A DNA stretch of 64,000 nucleotides from Eledone cirrhosa (lineage: Eukaryota), in NCBI GenBank assembly GCA_964016885.1, contig OZ024764.1, forward strand, positions 8,742,001 to 8,806,000, in the 5' to 3' direction. Both the position numbers and the translations under genes were made by a program. This document shows, piece after piece, positions 15,343 to 28,576 of the stretch (within the stretch, counting starts at the first letter, position 1; each line of letters opens with the position of its first letter). The notes under the pieces are model-generated. The model was not told the origin of the DNA. It saw only the letters and a program-made list of their open reading frames with translations, and did no database searches.

Positions 15343-15534
15343 TAATGGAGGAAATGTGGTAAAGAACCAGGTGGACCATAACGCACCAAAGTACTCAATA
15401 CTTAGGGTAGTAGAGTGGGTAATAGGAACGAGTAGGACCCCGACGGCTGAGCTCAAGCCGTTTCGACGGCTAATTCTGGACTCAGAATTAGCCGTCGAAA
15501 CGGCTTGAGCTCAGCCGTCGGGGTCCTACTCGTT

Positions 15535-15538
<4 letters not shown>
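15343..15538. mobile_element. pLTR-like repeat with fold-back palindrome (also 3853-4007, 6223-6336, 15101-15230, 47595-47792)
   Basis: Shared ggaccataacgcacc..gtactcaatacttagggtagtagagtggg block plus HHR 3' half GAAACGGCT..AGCCGTC/GGGGTC. Confidence 0.6.
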
Positions 15539-15613
<75 letters not shown>

Positions 15614-16063
15614 TTGGAAATTTAGTAAAATCGAATCTCTGGCGGTTTGCAAGCAAATTCGGCCTACTTATATGAAATGATGAGTTAGCAAAGCACTCGA
15701 TAAGGTAGGTCCTTAGAGTAATAACATACGTTTAAATAGCTTGACAAATCGAACATTGTGGTAGGCAAAATCTAACACACAATAATATACCAAAGTAATG
15801 ATAGAACTAACAGGTTGAGAAAAATACACCTGGACAAATCAAACGATTATACGTTTAAAGTGTTTCTTTGAATATATATATATAGTAATAATAATAAATG
15901 TGAAGACTAAAATCGAAAGAGGGCTCGATAAGGATAAATATATATCAAATATATAAGAACCGTAGAGCAAATATTTATTAAACTAACAGATTAAAGTTTA
16001 AGCAGCCAATACTGGAATTGAATAATCAAGACCGTAGCGCTATGTCATATATCAAAACATATA

Positions 16064-16124
16064 TTTTGTCTGATGAGGACGTACTGAAAAAACAACACAG
16101 TACCTTTGAAATATATATAATAAA
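16064..16124 (+). ncRNA. Minimal type I hammerhead ribozyme, sense to Irx intron
   Basis: TTTTGT-CTGATGA-GGACGTACTG..CAGTACCTTT-GAAA-TATATA-TA-ATAAA. Confidence 0.7.
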
Positions 16125-16275
16125 GTATATATTTTGATTATGTGAATATTATTCATTTGTTAACATTTTGAATAATATTAAAAACTCCACGAAAACTTTA
16201 CTGTTGAGTGCTTCTAATCTATTGTAAAATTGTATTCGTTGAGTAATCAAGGAACCATACTAATCTTTGGTTATA

Positions 16276-16336
<61 letters not shown>

Positions 16337-16841
16337 ATATATATATATGTGTGTGTGTATATATATATATGGATATATATATATCTATATATCTATATAT
16401 ATACACATATATATATATATGAAACAGAGAAAGCCTCAAGCGATACTCCGACCAACTCCATCTCACTCAACAAACATTAGGATACACCTAAGTATTATCT
16501 CAATTTAGTGTTTGGGGTGCTAACTAATCGGTATTTCGTGGATAATTGGTTGTATTATTTTATATAGTTACGTCCCTTTACGATCTGAGTTCAAATCCCG
16601 CCGAGGTTGACTTTGCCTTTCATCCTTACGGGGTCGATAAAATAAAGTACCAGTAATACACTGGGTAATTGCTGGCCTTGTGCCTAAAGTAGAAAAAACT
16701 GCGTCTGTATACATATATGTATGTACGTGTACATACTTATATTTAAGTAACAGCCGTACTAAGAGTGGGAAATGAAATTTCGTTTCATTTTTTCCGTCTA
16801 AGGACATAATTTATGATATATATATATATATATATATATAT

Positions 16842-17400
16842 AGTCAACTCTGGATGTCGGTGAGCATGTCCAGCTAACCTCAGTCTCCTCTGTGTCACTT
16901 TTGAGCTGACTTTTGGGATGCTCCCATACAGCTCTGAGTTTTTCATCCTCAGTGTATACTGATTAATGTTCAGAGCCATCCTCAGCATTCTCGTGTAGCA
17001 CCCATCCACCATCTGAGTGAGTTTCTTGGTCAGTGTGCAAGTCTCAGACCCGTACAGCAGCACAGACTCCACTACAGCAATGAAGAGGCGGACTTTCAGG
17101 TCTCTACGAAGGTCCGACTTCCACACCGATCTCAAGCTGTGGCACGCCGCCCAGGCCTTGCTCTTCCTCTCAAACACATCATCTTCCGTATTCCCAATCT
17201 TTGCTCCCAAATACAGGAAGCCCTCAACCAATTCTAGCGGCTTCCCGCCTACATTAGTGATCCCCTCTGGCTTCTCAACATTCTCTACCTAAGGACAGAC
17301 ACTGGTCTGTTGGAGACGCAGAAACATGGCAGCGATAATGAGGGACAGAGACCGCTGGAGAGAACTCGTCCATGGATCTCGGGAATTTTACCCGTCTTAG
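16842..17400. mobile_element. RTE-clade LINE 3' fragment with inverted 5' part
   Basis: Minus 16842-17287 encodes FLYLGAKI...ESVLLYGSETCTL...RRLRLAGHAHRHPEL; plus 17288-17400 is the element's 3' end with a (TAGA)/(TA) tail. Confidence 0.85.
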
Positions 17401-17597
17401 ATAGATAGAGATATATATAGTAGATAGATATTATCAACGATTGAAATTTTGAATGACTCCAGTTCAACCTTGCTTAGTGTCGATTGTTGCAATAGATACA
17501 CTACTACTACCACTACTACTACTACTACTAGTACCACTACTACTACTACTACCACCACCACCACTACCACCACCACCATCACTACTACTACTACTAC

Positions 17598-17631
<34 letters not shown>

Positions 17632-17643
17632 ACCACTACTACC

Positions 17644-17702
<59 letters not shown>

Positions 17703-17703
17703 C

Positions 17704-17735
<32 letters not shown>

Positions 17736-17979
17736 CACTACTACTACCACTACCACTATAATAATAATTATTATTATTATATAATAGATCGATAATAAGA
17801 TTATTCCTTTACCTTTTATTTATATATTTTTTTCAACGTTTCTCACTTTTTCTTACTAACATTGTGTGTATATATATATATATGTTTGTATGTGTGTATA
17901 TATATATATATATACGTATATACATATATGTATATATTTGTATATACACACACACATATATATATACATATACATATAT

Positions 17980-18039
<60 letters not shown>

Positions 18040-18165
18040 ATATAAATATATATATGTGTATATTATATACATATATATACATTTGTATGGGTGTATAGTG
18101 TGACATTACATATTCATGTTTGGTCAAACAGATGCTTGTAAATAAATCTTACTCATATATCCTCT

Positions 18166-18216
<51 letters not shown>

Positions 18217-18235
18217 TTATATGTATATATATGTG

Positions 18236-18284
<49 letters not shown>

Positions 18285-18295
18285 TTATATGTATA

Positions 18296-18350
<55 letters not shown>

Positions 18351-18383
18351 ATATATATATTTATATGTATATATATGTGTATA

Positions 18384-18445
<62 letters not shown>

Positions 18446-18565
18446 TATATGTGTGTATATATATATATACACACATTTTTACAGGTATATAAATTTGTTC
18501 ATACATATACGTATATAATTGTATATTCGATATACATATACATTTGTATGTGTATATACACACAT

Positions 18566-18630
<65 letters not shown>

Positions 18631-18733
18631 CATGTATATATACATATATATACATATGTATATAAATATATATATATATATACACATACACACACATGTA
18701 TATATACATATATATACATATGTATATATATAC

Positions 18734-18765
<32 letters not shown>

Positions 18766-18858
18766 AAGCCGAGACACGCGCTTATTCGTAATCACATGTT
18801 TTATAGAAAAAATATTAATGAATGCGTGTGAACCAAACAGTTTTTTTAACACACACAC

Positions 18859-18956
<98 letters not shown>

Positions 18957-19090
18957 ACACACTCATACACATACATATGCACATGAACAGGTACACACAC
19001 ACACACGCACATGGCTATTTACATATATATAAAGTGTACAAAGATTTGTAACACAATATACGAATAGATGTATATATTTTCAACAATGAC

Positions 19091-19143
<53 letters not shown>

Positions 19144-19445
19144 CATATATACAATATGAAATATGTATAATAAAATAAATATGGTTTTATAAATATGGCT
19201 TCCATTTATTAATATATTGTGTGTATATATATATATATATATACAAAATATTAATAAATGTATTGTATATATATATATATATACAATATATTAATAAATG
19301 TATTGTATATATATATATATATACAATATATTAATAAATGTATTGTATATATATATATATATACAATATATTAATAAATGTATTGTATATATATATATAT
19401 ATACAATATATTAATAAATGGAAGCCATATTTATGGAACCATATT

Positions 19446-19511
19446 TATTTTATTATACATATTTCAAGGGCCACCAAGGCAAATTATGGTGCGCTTTCAT
19501 CAGATAAAATA
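19446..19511 (-). ncRNA. Minimal type I hammerhead ribozyme (family of 10206)
   Basis: tattttat-ta-tacata-tttc...tcatcag-ataaaata on the + strand. Confidence 0.72.
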
Positions 19512-19633
19512 CAGATTTGTTTTATAAATAAATATTGACATACCCGGAAAAAAAAACAACCTTAACGGTTGGAGCTTCCTGGATAGTCAATTATATTTAA
19601 TTTGTTGAATCCCAACAAATTAAATACAACCTC

Positions 19634-19710
<77 letters not shown>

Positions 19711-19742
19711 AGAACAAAAGATGGTTAAAAGAGTTCCATGTA

Positions 19743-19809
19743 TTTTATTATGCGCATTTCAAAAACAAATATCATCATGCAATAATATTTGTGTTTTCAT
19801 CAGATAAAA
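19743..19809 (-). ncRNA. Minimal type I hammerhead ribozyme
   Basis: rc: TTTTAT-CTGATGA-AAACACAAATATTATTGCATGATGATATTTGTTTTT-GAAA-TGCGCA-TA-ATAAAA; palindromic stem III TGCGCA. Confidence 0.75.
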
Positions 19810-19956
19810 CAGGAAGACATGATATGAAGGTTAAAAAACACTTGTGGATAGTGCAGTTTTAAATCAACATATCATGTATACTCCAGTCCTACAAACTGTA
19901 GAGTGCTTCTTATCCGATATCTGCATTGCTTTATTGTACTACAATAAAACTCACCT

Positions 19957-20017
<61 letters not shown>

Positions 20018-20175
20018 AAAGTTTGTCCTTCGTCAGTGATCTTCCAACCATCATAGGTATTTCATCGGTTTAAAAACCATATACCTCCGGTTGGTGCGAG
20101 CAACGGCTAAAAAAAGTCGTTGGGACACGTAAATAAAGGGGACGCGAGGGTAAACAAACAAAATGGTGAAGCAAC

Positions 20176-20218
<43 letters not shown>

Positions 20219-20355
20219 AAAAAAAATACTGCAGGTAGCACATGGATAACATGTAATAAAATAAGTCCCTCATCAGTGATTTGCCGAAGATCATAGATAT
20301 TTCATTGCATTAAAAATCATATATCTCACGTCGGTGCAATAATAACCAAAATAAG

Positions 20356-20430
<75 letters not shown>

Positions 20431-20456
20431 TGTAATAAACAACATAAGGCAATTAT

Positions 20457-20515
20457 TTCATTTACCAGTGGTTTCTTAAAAGCAAAAAAATGTTGCTTTT
20501 AATCATCAGAATGAA
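20457..20515 (-). ncRNA. Type I hammerhead ribozyme
   Basis: rc: TTCATT-CTGATGA-TTAAAAGCAA..TTGCTTTTAA-GAAA-CCACTGG-TA-AATGAA. Confidence 0.8.
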
Positions 20516-20609
20516 AAAATCCTGGCGTATTTATTGACGTTGGATTTTAAAATCCAACATCAATAAATACGTATATATATAACATATATATATATATATA
20601 TATATATAT

Positions 20610-20675
<66 letters not shown>

Positions 20676-20767
20676 GTTAGAAACTCAGAGTAGTCTCTTA
20701 CAATTAAATAACTCTAAGAAAAACCTTTTCCGAGCCGTTCATTAGTGTTCATCTCTCTTGTTTATTC

Positions 20768-20866
<99 letters not shown>

Positions 20867-21310
20867 CATATATATTATATATTATATATATATCATATAT
20901 GTATATATATATAATATATATATTATATATTATATATATATTTGTGAGTGTGTGTGTATATTTGTGTATGTATATATATATGTATACATTTGTATGTATA
21001 TATATATGTATATACACATATATACATTTGTATATATATATATATATATATATATTCTTCTACTTGTTCTTCGCCCACTTATTCCTGAGACGGTCGTGTT
21101 GGAGTTCTTTCGTCACACACCTGTGACATCATCAGTGATACTAATATCTTTCCTCCCGTTGCATTACAACAAAAGAACTCTGCGAGACTATATTTATATC
21201 TTTATCATTTAACTGTTGGCCAATCAATGATAAGCATTGATTGACAGACGAATTAATTATAGAAATATAAAATATACACAAGCAAAACCCAACCCCAACC
21301 AAATAGTGTG

Positions 21311-21918
21311 TGGCAGTATCGGTAGAGGGTCGGACGCCATGCTTTCCAGCATAGAGTTACGGCGCTTTACGGTCTGAGTTCAAATCCCGCCGAGGTTAAC
21401 TTTGCCTTTCATCCTTACAGGGACGATAAAATAAAATAAAGTACCAGTAATGTACTGGGGTCGATTTAATCGACTATCCCCTCCCCCCCAAAATTGCTGG
21501 CCTTGTGCCCATATAAGAAACCATCATTAAGGGTGGTGGATTGGCAGTATCAGTAGAGGGTCGGACGCCATGCTTTGCAGCATAGAGTTACGCCCCTTTA
21601 CGGTCCGAGTTCAAATCCCGCCGAGTTTAACTTTGCCTTTCATCCTTACGGGGACGATAAAATAAAGTACCAGTAATGCACTGGGATAATTGCTGGCCTT
21701 ATGCCCCAAAAGTAGAAACAATTATTGTTAAAGGGGTTGGCAGTATCGGTAGAGGGTCGGACGCTATGCTTTACAGCATAGAGTTTTGCCCGTTTACGGT
21801 CTGACTTCAAATCCCGCCGAGGTTAACTTTGCCCTTCATCCTTACAGGGGTCGATAAAATAAAGTACCAGTAATACACTGGGATAGTTGCTGGCCTTGTG
21901 CCCCAAAATAGAGACAAT
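21311..21918 (+). mobile_element. Three tandem tRNA-derived SINEs, family B
   Basis: Each: TGGCAGTATCGG (A box)...GAGTTCAAATCC (B box)...gcctttcatccttacggggtcgataaaataaagtaccag...gctggccttgtgcc. Other copies: 9083-9217(-), 16567-16696(+), 53970-54100(-), 55745-56038(+), 58762-58860(-). Confidence 0.8.
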
Positions 21919-22022
21919 TGTTATTATTCACTCAAGAATACATTTAGGTATCCGCCATGTTAGAGCGGAAATATATTTTGTTTATATTGTTTTTTTTTCA
22001 TTTTCTCCTTATTTCTCTGCAG

Positions 22023-24532
22023 ATGAAAGACTCGATGTTTCTGGATTAGATGACCAATCAACAACGACGACAACAAACCACTTCCGCCCGGAAGTCGTTC
22101 TCGACGTTCGGAATGTTTCGAGATGTGACGAGAACGGAAACGGAAACGGAAGCGGAGACCCTTTCAACGGCTCTTCGAAACGTCTCCGCTATCAGCCAAT
22201 CACGTCGTTGCTCAACAACGCCACCGGAAGTCTGACGCTGAACCCTTCCCGCCCTTCTTCCAATGCCGGGAGAAACCCCTTCGTTTCCTCCTTGTCTCCA
22301 CTCCCGCTCCCCCTCTCTCTGCCCCTGACACTTCCCCTTCCTCCTCCTGCTCCCACCGTCTCCCTCGCATCTCCACCCCCTCCTCTTTTCTCTTCTACGC
22401 CTCTTCCTCCCTCCCCTTCCCCCCTTTCCCTTCTAACTGCTACCCCTCATCCTCATCCTCATCCTTCTTCCCCTCCTCCTCCTGCCCACCATCGGCATCC
22501 ACTTCTTCCTACCGCCCCTCCTCCCCTTCCTCCTCGTTGCCATGGACACACGGTTTCGTCGTCGTCGTCGTCGTCGTCGCCAGAGAGGAAAACTCGACGT
22601 AACAGCAACGACGATAATAACTACGACGATGATGATGATGTCGATGTCGATGTTGATGTGGACAACGATGATGATGATGATGCTGCTGGTGATAATGATA
22701 ACGGTGATGATTACAATGACAATGATGATGATGATGATGATGGAGTTGGCAACAACAACAACAACAGCAACAGCAACAACAACAACAACAGCACCTCACC
22801 AGAGCGACAACCAACAACGGAGAGGGTTGTAGGAGAAGGAAGGGGAGGAGGAGGAGGAGAAGGAGGAGGGGGGAGAGAGTCGAACTCAAACGGTATGGAA
22901 CGCAACTGTTCGAATGCAAACCACGCCGCCGCACCGGACGTGACCACCACCACTTCCGTCGCCGCCGACGTCGACGACACTGCTGCTTTGACCGGCGGCG
23001 GCGGCGGCGGTGGTGTGGCTACGCAGAAACGGTCAGCTTTCCGCTCGACCGCCACCACTCAAACCGCAGGACGATCCAGCTTCTTGGTCGGTCGGGGTTT
23101 GCTCAGGACGAAACAGCAACAACAACAACAGCAGCAACAGCAACAACAACAACAACAACAACAACAACAGCAACAGCAGCAGCAACAACAGAAACAACAA
23201 CAGCAACAGCAACTGCAGCATCACGTGAACTCCGACGGACGGACATCGCTTCCATTTCCGTCACCTCCGATGGCGGCGACGTCGTCGACGTTAGCGACGA
23301 TGACGGTGCGGATGCAGGAAGGCGGACCACCACTTCCAAAGGCTAAACCGAAAATCTGGTCTATCTCTAACATAATGGACACTACCACCACCACCAACAG
23401 CAGCAACACCTACACCACCACACCATCGAAAACTTCATCACCAACAAACAACATCAACAACAACAGCATTTGTGGTAGTAGTAGTAATAGTAGTAGTAGT
23501 AGTAGAAGTAATTGTAGTAACAGAAGTAATTGTAGTAACAGTAACAGTAGTAGTAATGGCGGTGGTTGTGCGGCAGATAATGCCGCGAATAAATTATTGG
23601 TGGGCGTGAATCAGGCGCTCGCAGAGCCGCCGCACCACCCTGCCTTGGGGCCCCGACCGAGCATTTTACACTACGACAGTGCAGTCAACCGTGACCAGTT
23701 TTGCGCCACTGCCGCCCTCCAGATCTATCTTCCGACCCACGAACTTTTCGGCAACGCCGTCGGCGGTGTTGTTGGCAGCGTCGGTGGCGGTATCCCGCTG
23801 GTGGCTCGTGCCAGCACCGCCGCCGCCGCCGCGACCTTCCACAACCCTTCACCTCTTTCGTCATCGTCCTCTACTTCCCCTTCTTCGTCGCTTCACCAAC
23901 TGGCAACGGAGCACTTCCCTCCGTCACACCACCCTTACCCGCCGCCGCCCTCTTCGTTGTCTTCTTCACCCACGCCGCCGCGCCACACGCCACCGGCACA
24001 CACGTCTCAGCCCCACCACCACCACCACCACAGCCACAACCAGCTCCAACTCCAGCTACATCATCCTCACTTCCACCAACACCACCATCACCACCACCAC
24101 CACCAAAACCACAACAACAACAACAACAACAGCCACCACCACCATCAGCAGAACCCCCACTGCCCACAAAACAAAGCCTCGGCGGCCGCCGCCGCAGCCG
24201 GTGGTACCGGCGAACAACAGGTGACGTCTTTCGGAAACGTTGCGAGCGACTCCGTGACGTCATCAACGTCGCCGTTGCCGTCGTCGGTGGCGGCGGCGGC
24301 GACGGCACAAAGCCCGACCCACAGCCATCGTGACAACCACCAACACAACCACGACAACAGCGCTCATCCGCCCCTCGAAACTCCTCCCCACACGCCGCCT
24401 GACCACCGGCAGAGCGGGCTTCCAGTTCAGTCTGAAATGGACGTAAACCGAGGTCCAAATCCCCTCGTGGGGTCAGAGAAAAGAAAAACCCCAGACAGGT
24501 CAAAGTTACACATAATTGGCGGGGGTATTTGA
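22023..24532 (+). CDS. Irx: Irx large C-terminal exon with IRO box
   Basis: tttctctgcag acceptor; G+AT gives GAT, matching phase 1. About 2.5 kb open frame with KPKIWSISNIM (IRO box) and ETPPHTPP; TGA at 24530-24532. The true 3' end is uncertain. Confidence 0.88.
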
Positions 24533-24559
24533 AAATATAAAATGAAAGGGTGGAGTGTA

Positions 24560-25220
24560 ATCCCTCACGTTCTCCCAGCCAGCCCCAAATGCAATAGATG
24601 GCAGGGTGTACCACCTCACGTTCTCAGACCCGGCCCCAAATACAATAAAAGGCGCGGTGTATCACCCCAGGTTGTCCCATCCGGCCCCAAATACAATAAA
24701 AGGCGGGGTGTACCACCTCATGTTCTCAGACGCGGCCCCAAATACAATAAAAGGCGCGGTGTATCACCCCAGGTTGTCCCATCCGGCCCCAAATACAATA
24801 AAAGGCGTGGTGTATCACCTCAGGTTGTCCCATCCGGCCCCAAATACAATAAAATGCGGGGTGTACCACCTCACGTTCTCAGACCCCTCCCCAAATACAA
24901 TAAAAGGCGCGGTGTATCACCCCAGGTTGTCCCATCCGGCCCCATATAAAATAAAAGGCGGGGTGTACCACCTCACGTTCTCAGACGCGGCCCCAAATAC
25001 AATAAAGAGTGGGGTGTATTATCTGACGTTCTCCCACCCGGCCCCATATGAAATAAAGGGCGGTGTGGATCCCCTCACGGTGTCCCACTCGACCCCAAAT
25101 ACAATAAAGGGTAGAGTGTATCACCCTAGGTTCTCACACCCGGCCCCATATAAAATAAAAGGCGTGGTGTATTACCTCACGTTGTCCCACCCAACTCCCT
25201 ATAAAATAAAGGGCGGTTTT
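24560..25220 (+). repeat. 51-bp minisatellite, ~13 units, two subtypes
   Basis: AATAAA recurs every 51 bp from 24644 to 25205. Confidence 0.95.
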
Positions 25221-25317
25221 GGGGGGGGGTCACCTACTCCACCCCACGCAGACACAAATAAAAAAAACCCTATACACAAAATTGAGCCACTACAGACAGA
25301 CACACACACACACTACA

Positions 25318-25609
25318 CAAACAACAACAACAACAACAACAACAACACCAACACCACCACCTACAACAACAACAACACCACCACCACCAACACCACCACC
25401 AACACCACCACCACCTACAACAACAACAATAAAACAACAACAACAACACCACCACCACCAACAACAACACCACCACCACCACCACCAACACCACCACCAA
25501 CAACAACACCACCACCACCAACAACAACAACACCACCACCACCAACAACAACAACACCACCTACAACAACACCACCACTACCAACACCACCACCAACAAC
25601 AACAACAAC

Positions 25610-25641
<32 letters not shown>

Positions 25642-25890
25642 AACAACAACACCACCAACAACAACAACACCACCACCACCACCACCACCACCACCTACAA
25701 CAACAACAAAACAACAACACAACAACACCACCACCAACAACAACACCACCACCACCACCAATAACAACAACACCACCATCACCAACACCAACACCACCAC
25801 CAACAACAACAACACCACCAACAACACCACCACCACCACCACCAACACCACCAACACCACCAACACCATCACCAACAACAACAACAATAC
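25318..25890 (+). repeat. (CAA)n/(CAC)n array
   Basis: Direct inspection; similar arrays at 17500-17780, 44410-45406, 50055-50620. Confidence 0.95.
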
Positions 25891-25913
25891 CTGTATTGTA
25901 AAAAAAAAAAACC

Positions 25914-26354
25914 TTTCTAACAAGGCCTGCAATTTAGGGCTGGGGAAATGGACTATATCTACCCCAGGGCATTACTGGTACTGTATTCTATCGACCCCCC
26001 CCCCCGCTTCCCCCAAAGGATGAAACACCGTTTACCACGGCGGGATTTGAACTCAGAACGTAGAAAGCCAATACTAAACAACGCAAAGCCTTTTGACCGA
26101 CGCTCTGCCGATTCCACCATTGTAAAAATGAAATAAAACTTAAATTAAAAATAAGAGACAAGTTTAAGATAACAATTGTTTCTGCTATTGGCACAAGGCC
26201 AGTAATTACCCAGTACATTACTGGTACTTTATTTTATCGACCCCGTAAAGGTGAAAGGCAAAGTTAACCTCGGCGGGATTTGAACTCAGAATGGCAAGGG
26301 CCGTAACTCTATGCGTCAAAAGCATGGTGTCCGACCCTTTACCGATACTGCCAA
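25914..26354 (-). mobile_element. Two SINE family B copies
   Basis: ggcaaagttaacctcggcgggatttgaactcag...accgatactgcca; left copy more diverged. Confidence 0.75.
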
Positions 26355-26388
26355 TTCACAACTACTGCCAATCCACTACAATTTTAAG

Positions 26389-26624
26389 ATGATAACGATG
26401 AACTACAGGATGCAGAGACTACGCTGCGAGTCTACATTGACTACAACCCATTATTTAACAGAAGAAATATATTTAAAAGTGAAAATAAAATCAATGTATT
26501 AAATGTTTTTCAATGTTTTGAGCGAAGGTTCTTTTTCAACGTAGAGAGGAGCAAGAGAGATAACGAGGAAATGACGAGAAGATCCGAATGCGGAGACGAC
26601 GTTGTAAGTCTGTGTCGACTATGA
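26389..26624 (+). CDS. Possible additional terminal Irx exon
   Basis: ttttaag acceptor then a stop-free frame DNDELQDAETTLRVY...SLCRL*; phase-compatible with a weak G|GTATTT donor at 24524/24525. No homology support. Confidence 0.25.
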
Positions 26625-26667
26625 ATAATTTAATGGAATATATATATATATGCGTGTGTGTGTGTGT

Positions 26668-26758
<91 letters not shown>

Positions 26759-26759
26759 G

Positions 26760-26827
<68 letters not shown>

Positions 26828-27224
26828 TTGGGGAGGGTCATATTGTTATAATATTACCAGAAATAATAACAGAACACACTCACTGTTTGGTTGGTTTTCG
26901 CTTCTGTATCTTTTATATCAAAATAAAAATGGCGTAGACATTACAATACAATACAACAGGAGGTAACATAATGATAGTACCACTGATGATGTTTCAGATG
27001 TGCAACGAAAGAACTTTGATAGACTATATATATATATTTATATCTGTATATTTAACCGTTGGTCAATCAATGATAAACATTGATTGCCAAATAAATTAAC
27101 TATGGAGATATAAAAGATACAGAAGCTAAAAACCAACCAAACAGTGAGTGTGTTCTGTTATTATTTCTGGCAATATTATTACAACAATATGACCCTCCCC
27201 AAGTATAACAGTAGATGTATATAT

Positions 27225-27640
27225 AGTCTGTGCTGCTGTACGGGTCTGAGACTTGGACACTGACCAAGAAACTCACTCTGATGGTGGATGGGTGCTACAC
27301 GAGAATGCTGAGGATGGCTCTGAACATTAATCAGTATACACTGAGGATGGAGAACTCAGAGCTGTACGGGAGCATCCCAAAAGTCAGCTCAAAAGTGACA
27401 CAGAGGAGACTGAGGTTAGCTGGACATGCTCACCGACATCCAGAGTTGACACTGCACTCAGTGCTCCTGTGGGAGCCCCTGCATTGACAGACTGGAAGAG
27501 CAAGACCAAGGTTAACGTATTTTGATGCCCTAAGGACAGACACTGGTCTGTTGGAGACGCAGGACATGGCAGCGATAATGAGGGACAGAAACCGCTGGAG
27601 AGAACTCGTCCATTGATCTCGGGAATTTTACCCGCCTTAG
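27225..27640 (+). mobile_element. RTE-clade LINE 3' fragment (pseudogenised)
   Basis: VLLYGSETWTLTKK...RRLRLAGHAHRH...LWEP; internal stop; ends ccgccttag+(AT)n. Confidence 0.85.
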
Positions 27641-27701
27641 ATATATATATATATATATATATATCCAGTGGTGTAACGTCAAGTCACCCAGGTGAGCACT
27701 C

Positions 27702-27760
<59 letters not shown>

Positions 27761-28162
27761 TTATTAAAAATAAGTAAAGGAATAAACAAAACATATACTT
27801 AGCTCCCACATCAAGACGTAAAATATCCACGTATAGATCGTACTATCCGTTGGGGTATAACGTGGGGCTGTAATACAGGAAAGTTTTGTGCAATTTATGA
27901 TTACAAGCCGAAATTGCCTCAGATTTTTTGTTTAAGATGTGGTCTGTGGCGTAGAGTATTTCTAGGGCCTCAGCGGCGCAGAGGTCACATGGTCTTTTAT
28001 TTCCGTTATACGATCTAGATATATATATAGATATATAACAAATAGTTTGATGCGGTCATTCTACTAACTTGGCTTAAGTGGCTGTTTGCGTAATTACGTA
28101 ATTGCAAAGGAATCGAATATTATTATTAATATTCGAACGACTCAGATTTACATATATCTATA

Positions 28163-28206
<44 letters not shown>

Positions 28207-28333
28207 AAGTTTTATTTAAATTGTTGGGTTAACAACGAGTAAATATTTATAACTGATATAAAAGCACTCAACAAGTATTTGGAGTATATTTACGATATTA
28301 AATAAATGGAAACTATATTTATAAAACCATATT

Positions 28334-28399
28334 TATTTCATTATATATATTTCAGGGATATCATATTAACAATATGTTATGCCTTCTTCAGACAAAATA
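28334..28399 (-). ncRNA. Minimal type I hammerhead ribozyme (left arm of palindrome)
   Basis: rc: TATTTTGT-CTGAAGA-AGGCATAACATATT..AATATGATATCCCT-GAAA-TATATA-TA-ATGAAATA. Confidence 0.72.
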
Positions 28400-28510
28400 C
28401 AATATAAACAGTCTTATAAATAGATAGATTCGACATACCTTTCAACATCGACTTCAATTTGAAGTTGAAAGGTATGTCGAATCTATCTATTTATAAGACT
28501 GTTTATATTG

Positions 28511-28576
28511 TATTTTGTCTGAAGAAGGCATAACATATTTTTAATATGATATCCCTGAAATATATATAATGAAATA
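28511..28576 (+). ncRNA. Minimal type I hammerhead ribozyme (right arm of palindrome)
   Basis: TATTTTGT-CTGAAGA-AGGCATAACATA...TATGATATCCCT-GAAA-TATATA-TA-ATGAAATA. Confidence 0.72.

Noticed and set aside
20017-20310. Permuted (type II) hammerheads: GAAA..TA-hairpin-CTGANGA here and at 60924-60957
   Set aside because: Stem III does not pair and stem II cannot be closed; more likely truncated 5' halves.
21887-22022. ORF-track start of the 881-aa protein
   Set aside because: Non-ATG start inside a SINE and the pyrimidine tract; coding begins at the 22023 acceptor.
24542-25901. 17-aa repeat protein ORFs
   Set aside because: Consequence of a 51-bp unit being open in two frames; no link to the Irx frame.
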